Source: Trueperaceae bacterium
GTDB taxonomy: Bacteria > Deinococcota > Deinococci > Deinococcales > Trueperaceae
Assembly (NCBI GenBank): GCA_040905465.1
Contig: JBBDRK010000079.1
Coordinates: forward strand, 1 to 12,033
DNA length: 12,033 nt
Direction of reading: 5' to 3'
Numbering within the stretch: the first letter of the stretch is position 1; the number at the start of each line of letters is the position of its first letter. Of the stretch, positions 6,579 to 12,033 are shown one piece after another. Below the pieces are notes generated by a model. That model saw only the letters and a program-made list of their open reading frames with translations. It was not told the DNA's origin and made no database searches. Made by a program: the position numbers and the translations under genes.

Positions 6579-7600
6579 TGCTTCACCATCGACCGCGCCA
6601 GATAGATGAAGAAAGGAGCGCCGATCAGCGCCATGACCACGCCCACCGGCACCTCCTGGGGGCGGAGTGCCACCCGGGCGCCGATGTCGCCTACGATCAC
6701 CAGCATCGCGCCCAGAAGCGCCGCGTAGGGCAGGACCCAGCGGTAGTCCACGCCTGCCAGAAACCGGGCCAGGTGCGGAGCCACCAGGCCCACGAACGCG
6801 ACCGGACCGGCCAGCGCCACGGCGCCTCCCGCCAGCAGCACAACCACCAGCGCCGCGAACAGCTTCACCCGCCCGGAGCGCTGTCCCAGCCCGCGAGCCA
6901 CGTCGTCACCGAGCGACAGGGCGGTCAGTTGCCGGGCCAGGGGGACGCTCAACAGCAGGCCGGTCAGCATGTAGGGGGCGGCGAGAGCAAACAGTTCCAT
7001 GTCCCGACCCGCCAGCGAGCCGGCCGTCCAGAAGCGCACCGAATCGAGCGTGTTCCGGTCCAGCAGCAGCAGCGCGGTGGTGAGCGAGGTGAGGAACGAC
7101 ATCAGCACCGCGCCGGCCAGGGCCAGGCGCAGCGGCGAGCTGCTGCCACGACCGGCGTTCCCTAGGGCGTAGACCAGGGCACCGGCAACGGCCGCGCCCA
7201 GCAAAGCGAACAGGGCGTAGGTGGCGAGCGGCGGATTCCCCAGCACCAGCACCGCCGCTACGACCGTCAGGGCCGCCCCGGCATTGACGCCGAGGATTCC
7301 GGGAGAGGCCAACGGGTTGCGAGTGAGAGCCTGCATGATCGCCCCGGCGACCCCCAACGAGGCGCCCACCAGTATTGCCGAGAGCGCCCGGGGCAGGCGC
7401 ACGGTCTGCAGGATCAGGCTGGTGACGGATCCATCCGCGGAGAACAACCCGCCGAAAACCGCCGGAAGGGGGATGCTCATGCTGCCGACTGCCAGGCTGG
7501 CCCCGAACAGCAGCAACAGCACGGCCGCGCCCACCGCCAGCCCGGCAAAGCGCAGCGCCGTGCCGTCGCGCTGGCGAACGGTGACCGACGCGCTCGTCAC
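6575..7600 (-). CDS. FecCD-family iron-chelate ABC permease (FecC/FhuB-like), 341 aa (start revised from 7924 to GTG 7600)
   Basis: VRLPRAL, MQALTRNPLASPGILGVNAGA, LGDDVARGLG, FVGLVAPHLAR, EVPVGVVMALIGAPFF. GTG at 7600-7598 overlaps the ferredoxin TGA (GTGA) and has GGAGG upstream. Confidence 0.95.
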   Translation of the reverse strand: MTSASVTVRQRDGTALRFAGLAVGAAVLLLLFGASLAVGSMSIPLPAVFGGLFSADGSVTSLILQTVRLPRALSAILVGASLGVAGAIMQALTRNPLASPGILGVNAGAALTVVAAVLVLGNPPLATYALFALLGAAVAGALVYALGNAGRGSSSPLRLALAGAVLMSFLTSLTTALLLLDRNTLDSVRFWTAGSLAGRDMELFALAAPYMLTGLLLSVPLARQLTALSLGDDVARGLGQRSGRVKLFAALVVVLLAGGAVALAGPVAFVGLVAPHLARFLAGVDYRWVLPYAALLGAMLVIVGDIGARVALRPQEVPVGVVMALIGAPFFIYLARSMVKQ

Positions 7601-8601
7601 GCCGCAGCCTCCGCGTCGAGACGCGCCTGGCCGACCGGCGCCGGCTTGTGGAGCGTTACCCGGTACTGCGGGTAGGGCTTCAGCTCGGGGCTGTCCGAGC
7701 GGGGCCTTATGGGGAGCGAGTGCGATATCTCGACCCGGGCATGGAAACTGCTGGGCTTGCTGGCGCGCCAGGCGTCCAGCCGAACCTCCGCCCACTGCGG
7801 GTCGTCGGCGGCGTCCTGCTCGAGCACCTCGGCGGTTTTGGGAATGTCGAGCCACTCCCACCCCTGCCGGGTGAGCAGCTCGCGCTCGAGCGCCTGCAGG
7901 AAGGGGCCTTCCAGGGCTGCCCATCCACGGTAGTTGCCGCGAAGCTCACCGGGCCGGCCGCTTCGGTTCACCAGCGCGGCGGCGTCGTCGTGCTCCAGGT
8001 AGGCCCACATCCGCGCTGACGGCAGCTCCAGCAGGGTGGGAGCGAAAACGTGGCCGCCGAAGTGAGTGACCCTCCAGGCGCGATTCGCGCTGCCGTGCAC
8101 CTGCGCCCTCAGGCGCCGGTAGAGAGGCACGCCGAAGCGGCCGCAGGCGGTGTCCTGCGCCCCGTGGGTGCAGACCAGGAAGTCGCGGCCGGTGGCCGGC
8201 ACCCGGTAGTGATCGAAGCCTGGCGCTTCGCGGCGACCGCGAATCAGGGTGGCGACCAGCTCACCGAGGAAAGCGTCCGGCACCAGGTACTCGGTGCGTC
8301 GGTACTCGCTGAACGGGCCGTCCGGGCGCTCGAGCCACAACACTCGGCGCTGGCCGGGAACGCTGTAATCGGGGTCTGGCCCGATGATAAGGGGCCGCAG
8401 CCGGTACGCGCCCTCACGGCTGAACCGGTCGATCGCCTCGTGGACGCCGGCCGGCAGCCTCCCGCTGCTCTCGAACACGCCTCGCGGCCAGGGCAGCGGA
8501 AGCTCGAAGGCCACTATCGTGTCCAGCGTGCCGGCGTAGCCGATCGGGTCGAGCCCCTGCTGGCGTGCGAACAGGTTGCACAGTAACGGCGGGTTGCTCA
8601 T
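7597..8601 (-). CDS. Sucrase/ferredoxin-like (Apd1/Aim32-type thioredoxin-fold [2Fe-2S]) protein, ~334 aa; alternative start GTG 8670
   Basis: ELPLPW, FLVCTHGAQDTACGRFG, WRVTHFGGHVFAPTLLELP and YRGW. Ligand spacing is C-X8-C-X26-H-X3-H. ATG 8601 avoids overlap with the upstream gene. Confidence 0.88.
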   Translation of the reverse strand: MSNPPLLCNLFARQQGLDPIGYAGTLDTIVAFELPLPWPRGVFESSGRLPAGVHEAIDRFSREGAYRLRPLIIGPDPDYSVPGQRRVLWLERPDGPFSEYRRTEYLVPDAFLGELVATLIRGRREAPGFDHYRVPATGRDFLVCTHGAQDTACGRFGVPLYRRLRAQVHGSANRAWRVTHFGGHVFAPTLLELPSARMWAYLEHDDAAALVNRSGRPGELRGNYRGWAALEGPFLQALERELLTRQGWEWLDIPKTAEVLEQDAADDPQWAEVRLDAWRASKPSSFHARVEISHSLPIRPRSDSPELKPYPQYRVTLHKPAPVGQARLDAEAAA

Positions 8602-8610
8602 GCGGCGAGC

Positions 8611-8647
8611 GCCGGTGGCGGCAGGATCACCTGCTGCCGTTACCGGC
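8611..8647 (-). other. Intercistronic stem-loop spanning the binding-protein stop codon
   Basis: Plus strand gccggt-ggcggcagg-atca-cctgctgcc-gtt-accggc. On the mRNA this gives a 9-bp upper stem with one A-C mismatch, a UGAU loop, a 3-nt bulge and a 6-bp lower stem. Confidence 0.55.
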
Positions 8648-9592
8648 AGCGCTGCCACCTGCGTGGCCACTGTCGGTCAGGTAGCTGAACAGGTCGTTGA
8701 TGACCAGATCGGCCGCGAGCGGCCCGATGCCCAGCATCCAGTAGGCGTCGGGAACCGAGTGGACGTCTCCGCGCCGCACCACGTCGAGAGTGCGCCACAG
8801 TGGGTCGTCGCCGAACTCCGCGACCGAGGTATCTTCTTCTGGACCGTAGGTGGTCACGAACATCACGTCCGCGTCCATGAGGGCGATGCCCTCCTTGTCT
8901 ACGAATAGCGCGAACCCATCAGCACGCTGGGCCGGCGGGCGTGGCAAGCCGGCATCTTCGATTATGGTGCCGATGAACGACTCGGCCAGGTAGATACGCA
9001 CCTGGCCGGGCAGGAAGCGCACGATCGAAACGCTGGGGAGTTCGTCCAAGTCGGAGCGCAGCGTCGCCAGGCGCTGGTCGTAGTCGGCCAGCAGCCGCTC
9101 GGCTCCTTCGCGCAGGCCGAGCGCTTCACCATTGGCGAGCAGGTTCTCCTTCCAGACCACGCCCACCGCCTCGGTGAAAACAGTGGGGGCGATGCCGGAG
9201 AGTTGCCGGTAGATAGACTCGTGGCGGAGTTTGCTGGAGAGGATCAGGTCGGGGTCGAGCGCCAGGATCGCCTCGAGGTTTGGCTCCGCGATGGTGCCGA
9301 CTACCGCGATGCCGTCGGTGCGACCTTCCAGGTAGGAGGGGAAGCCGCCGTTGGCAAAGGCGGTGACCGCGCCGACCGGCACGACGCCGAGCGCGAGGGC
9401 GCTGTCGAGCTCACCGGTGTCGAGAACCACCACGCGTTCGGGCTTTTCCGGCACGCAGGTCGTTCCCATGGCGTGGTCGATCAGCCTTCCGTCGCAGGTT
9501 TCCTGCCCGCTGGCCAAACCCGCGAGGGTCGCGGCGAGAATGAGCGCCAGTAGCCGGAGCGGCGCTTGCCGCCGGGATGCTGTTGGGTACAT
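8627..9592 (-). CDS. Iron-siderophore ABC transporter substrate-binding protein (FecB/FhuD-type), 321 aa
   Basis: Signal peptide (RR..LLALILAATLAGLASG|Q), IDHAMGTTCVPEKPERVVVLDTGELD, VGTIAEPNLEAILALDPDLIL, LSGIAPTV, PLWRTLDVVRRGDVH. SD AAGGAG at 9599-9604. Confidence 0.95.
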   Translation of the reverse strand: MYPTASRRQAPLRLLALILAATLAGLASGQETCDGRLIDHAMGTTCVPEKPERVVVLDTGELDSALALGVVPVGAVTAFANGGFPSYLEGRTDGIAVVGTIAEPNLEAILALDPDLILSSKLRHESIYRQLSGIAPTVFTEAVGVVWKENLLANGEALGLREGAERLLADYDQRLATLRSDLDELPSVSIVRFLPGQVRIYLAESFIGTIIEDAGLPRPPAQRADGFALFVDKEGIALMDADVMFVTTYGPEEDTSVAEFGDDPLWRTLDVVRRGDVHSVPDAYWMLGIGPLAADLVINDLFSYLTDSGHAGGSAAGNGSR

Positions 9593-9652
9593 GTCGTTCT
9601 CCTTGGAAGACCCGTAACGGCAGCTGCCGGAGAGGGCTTTCGTAAATTCAAT

Positions 9653-9671
9653 TCCGAGTGCGCGACTCGGA
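9653..9671. promoter_or_regulatory. Perfect 7-5-7 inverted repeat TCCGAGT-gcgcg-ACTCGGA, putative operator of the iron-uptake operon
   Basis: Read directly. It has AT-rich flanks and lies just downstream of a candidate minus-strand promoter. Confidence 0.6.
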
Positions 9672-9680
9672 TATGGTCAG

Positions 9681-9710
9681 AGCTTATCGGACTCCGGCTG
9701 CCCGGCGCAA
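9681..9710 (-). promoter_or_regulatory. Candidate promoter TTGCGC-N18-TAAGCT for the iron-uptake operon
   Basis: Plus-strand gcgcaa at 9705-9710 and agctta at 9681-9686. Confidence 0.4.
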
Positions 9711-9819
9711 GTAGGTCAACGTCTCCGTTGGACGCGATTGCGCTTGCGGCCGTCGGGCGGAACATCACTGGGGCCCGTGTGGATCCGACGAAAACGCCAC
9801 TCCGGCGTTCCGGCCGCGG

Positions 9820-9828
9820 TGCTAGAAT
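9820..9828 (+). promoter_or_regulatory. Extended -10 TGcTAGAAT 7 nt upstream of ATG 9836 (leaderless promoter)
   Basis: tg-c-tagaat-cccgccc-ATG. Confidence 0.65.
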
Positions 9829-9835
9829 CCCGCCC

Positions 9836-10450
9836 ATGCAAGAGACCCAGGAGTTCCCTTCCCGGCGCTCGAGAAAGCCGGATTGGCAACGATTGGCGCC
9901 CGAGTTGTCCGGATACGCCTGGCGAGTGCTGTTGGTTACCGTCGCCGTCGCACTGATCGCCGGTGTTCTCTACCCCGCTTCGCGCACCTCGATCCCCGAA
10001 GACCCGCTGTTGCAGTCGTTCGACTGCCCGGCGCCACCTTGTTTCCCGCAGACTCCGGCGTCGCGGCTGGCCGACGTGCTGGTGAAGCTTCCACCTTTCG
10101 GTTACGCCGCGGCGCTGCTGCTGTGCCTGCCCGGACTTATCGTCGGGACGCGGTTCCTGCTGGCCGGCCGCGACTCACAGGCCGGACCCTTGCTGATAGG
10201 GTTCCTGGGTACTGGGCTGGTGCTGGTCGGCATCGACATATTGCCGCACGTCCTCAATCCTTGCCTCTCGTTCGGACCGCAGCTTCCCGGGCTGTGCGGC
10301 GAGTTCGCCTCCCGCTGGGACGTGCAGGCGCGTTGGCACACGCTGCTGCACGCGTTCCTCGGAGCAGTGCCATTCACGGTCGCATTCGCGTGGCTCAGTG
10401 GGCGCTGGCGGCCGGGCAGCCGGGCCGCGACCAAGTCTGCGCGCCAGTGA
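9836..10450 (+). CDS. Hypothetical integral membrane protein (~4 TM) with Cys pairs, 204 aa (start revised from 9566 to 9836)
   Basis: Four hydrophobic stretches and high-GC codon usage. The -10 box sits directly before ATG 9836, and the longer ORF would overlap the divergent gene and its promoter. Confidence 0.75.
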   Translation: MQETQEFPSRRSRKPDWQRLAPELSGYAWRVLLVTVAVALIAGVLYPASRTSIPEDPLLQSFDCPAPPCFPQTPASRLADVLVKLPPFGYAAALLLCLPGLIVGTRFLLAGRDSQAGPLLIGFLGTGLVLVGIDILPHVLNPCLSFGPQLPGLCGEFASRWDVQARWHTLLHAFLGAVPFTVAFAWLSGRWRPGSRAATKSARQ

Positions 10451-10558
10451 ACTCCCCGCGACTCGCCCACCTTCTGGCAGCCGGTGCTTCGCGGTCTCCG
10501 GAGCTCTTCGGCACTCCACCTTCAGCGTGACGCCGGGTGATGCCGTGCCGAGGTTCGA

Positions 10559-10972
10559 ATGCCCGCTTGGTTAGGCCCGATATTCGTGCTTCCGGCACTC
10601 GCCGTCTACCCGAGGTACAAGCTTCTGTCCGCCGCCATTCTGTTGGGACTTCTTGTGCTGATGGTCGCCAACGATGGCTGGCGGGGATCGCCCGGGACGA
10701 ACTGGCCTGTGAAGCTTATGGCCATGCAGGTGTTAGTGCCGTTGGCTATTATCTTGAGCGGCCTCGAGCGCGGCTGGTTCGACTCCTCGCCCGCTGGACG
10801 CTCGGTACTTGGAGGCGCATTTCTGCTGGGAATCGGCGTGCACTACGCGTTCGCCTCGTTTGTCCTCGGCTTAGGCGTCTACGGCTCGAATCTTCTTACC
10901 TTCGCTCTACTTACGATCCTGCCGTTATCAATGGCTTGGTTCTGGAGCCGAGGTAGAACGGCTGAGGAATGA
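10559..10972 (+). CDS. Hypothetical membrane protein (~4 TM), 137 aa
   Basis: Alternating hydrophobic helices; GAGGT 4 nt upstream of the ATG; fills the gap between neighbours. Atypical codon usage and no recognised family. Confidence 0.6.
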   Translation: MPAWLGPIFVLPALAVYPRYKLLSAAILLGLLVLMVANDGWRGSPGTNWPVKLMAMQVLVPLAIILSGLERGWFDSSPAGRSVLGGAFLLGIGVHYAFASFVLGLGVYGSNLLTFALLTILPLSMAWFWSRGRTAEE

Positions 10973-11034
10973 CATGACATTACGAGCGGGCCTGGTGAGC
11001 CGGGGGCCGAAGAGCTCACTGCGAACGCAGCTCG

Positions 11035-12033
11035 TTACCGCGCTACCAGCGCCGCATAAGGCAGCATCACCGCCACCAGGCCGAGGAACCCCACCGATCC
11101 GACCAGTAGCGCCTTGCTGCCCACTCGCCTGAACACCGACAGGTCCAGGCCCAGGCCCAGGCCCAACCCCACCATCGCGGCGGTCGTGAGGAGCAGGCTG
11201 CCGGCCAGCATCAGACTTCCCAGCGGGTCCGGAATCCACCCGAGGCTGTTCAGCACGCCGACGGCCAGGAAGCCGAGCAGGAACAGCGGGACCGGGGCCC
11301 TGAGTCGCGCCAGTCCGCGCCTGCCGGCGGCCTCCGAGCCGCCCAGCAGGCGGCTCAACACCAACAGGGCAGGCGCCAAAAGCGCCACCCTGGTGAGCTT
11401 GACGATGGTGGCCAGATCGCCGGCCTCCGTTCCCGGCACGTAGCCGGCCGCCAGCACCTGGGCTACCTCGTGCAGGGTGAGTCCCACCAGGAAGCCGTAA
11501 ACCAGGTCCGACGGTTCTAGCAACGACGAGAAGAAGGCGAAGCCCAGGACGCCCAGGGTACCGAGCACGCTGATGATGCCGACCGAAAGCCCCGCCTCCT
11601 CGTCCTTCATCCTGGTGGCAGGAACGGCCGCCAGGATCGCCGAAGCACCGCAGATACTGGTGCCCACCGCGATGCCCAGTCGCAGGCCGGGCGGAAGGCC
11701 GGCCAGCTTGCCGAGCCGCTCGATGCCGAATATGCCCAGCGTCACCACCAAGAGGCTTCCCAGCAGCACCGCCGGACCCACCTGGGCGAGCAGCGCAAAG
11801 TCTAGACGGACACCGAGCAGAACGATGCCGACGCGCAGGAGTGTGCGGGCGGAGAACGAAGCGCCGGGCGCCGACGCCGGCGCCAGGCCGGCGACGGCCC
11901 TCCAGGCCAGGCCCACGAACAGCGCGATGACCAGCGGTCCCATGACTGCCAGCGCCGGGATACCCGCCAGCAGGTAGGAGGCTGCGCTCAGCAGCCCAAC
12001 CAGCAGGAGGCCGGGAACCAACGCGGTAAGGGG
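11035..12033 (-). CDS. yeiH: YeiH/UPF0324 putative sulfate exporter (PSE) family transporter; 5' end probably lies beyond the window
   Basis: LLRVGIVLLGVRL, AVGTSICGASAILA, GLTLHEVAQVLAAG, ATIVKLTRVALL, PLFLLGFL, AMVGLGL. The frame stays open from TTG 12021 to the window edge (PLTALVPG). Confidence 0.9.
   Translation of the reverse strand, partial: PLTALVPGLLLVGLLSAASYLLAGIPALAVMGPLVIALFVGLAWRAVAGLAPASAPGASFSARTLLRVGIVLLGVRLDFALLAQVGPAVLLGSLLVVTLGIFGIERLGKLAGLPPGLRLGIAVGTSICGASAILAAVPATRMKDEEAGLSVGIISVLGTLGVLGFAFFSSLLEPSDLVYGFLVGLTLHEVAQVLAAGYVPGTEAGDLATIVKLTRVALLAPALLVLSRLLGGSEAAGRRGLARLRAPVPLFLLGFLAVGVLNSLGWIPDPLGSLMLAGSLLLTTAAMVGLGLGLGLDLSVFRRVGSKALLVGSVGFLGLVAVMLPYAALVAR

Noticed and set aside
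7601-7924. 108-aa N-terminal extension of the first permease
   Set aside because: It overlaps the ferredoxin CDS in another frame. A GTGA-coupled start with GGAGG exists at 7600.
9593-9835. Cobalamin or other riboswitch upstream of the FecB-like gene
   Set aside because: The minus strand shows no AGGGAA / GCCCCCGCAACTGT / GCCACTG / GGGAAG core, and the binding protein looks siderophore-type rather than BtuF. An Rfam scan would be decisive.
10448-10558. TGA read-through (selenocysteine) or fusion linking the two in-frame membrane genes
   Set aside because: It would need read-through of two TGA codons (10448-10450 and 10538-10540). There is no redox-motif context or evident SECIS, and codon usage differs between the two genes.
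10973-11035. Structured RNA or terminator between convergent genes (acgagc/gctcgt, gtgagc/gctcac, ctgcg/cgcag stems)
   Set aside because: Short, partly competing stems in GC-rich sequence, with no U-tract and no recognisable RNA family.
262-12033. A single sulfur-handling system linking dsrE and yeiH
   Set aside because: The genes are over 10 kb apart, on opposite strands and separated by unrelated operons, with no shared motif seen.

Overview
High-GC (~70% by eye) bacterial window with 14 supportable CDS and no rRNA, tRNA, CRISPR or mobile element. Left to right: (i) a 15-bp tandem repeat at the edge, a small DUF1059-type Cys/His protein missing from the ORF track (85-258) coupled to a DsrE-like protein, and a UPF0316/DUF5698-DUF2179 membrane protein; (ii) a divergent arsenic-type module: Cys-rich ArsR versus a flavin-dependent oxidoreductase (ArsV-like) plus an MFS exporter (ArsK-like), with two ATNGA-N6-TCAAT boxes and a readable promoter between them; (iii) a five-gene ferric-siderophore ABC operon with a sucrase/ferredoxin-family (Apd1/Aim32-type, C-X8-C-X26-H-X3-H) [2Fe-2S] protein between the binding protein and the permeases, preceded by a 7-5-7 palindrome that is neither a Fur nor a DtxR box; (iv) two orphan membrane proteins, one with atypical codon usage; (v) a YeiH/PSE-family transporter cut by the window end. 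Three genes have a TAnnnT -10 box 6-7 nt before the start codon (leaderless), which together with a non-lipoprotein binding protein suggests Deinococcota (inference). The best candidate for an under-described system is the ferredoxin acting as a ferric-siderophore reductase in place of FhuF/SIP. All family calls come from motif recognition, not database searches.
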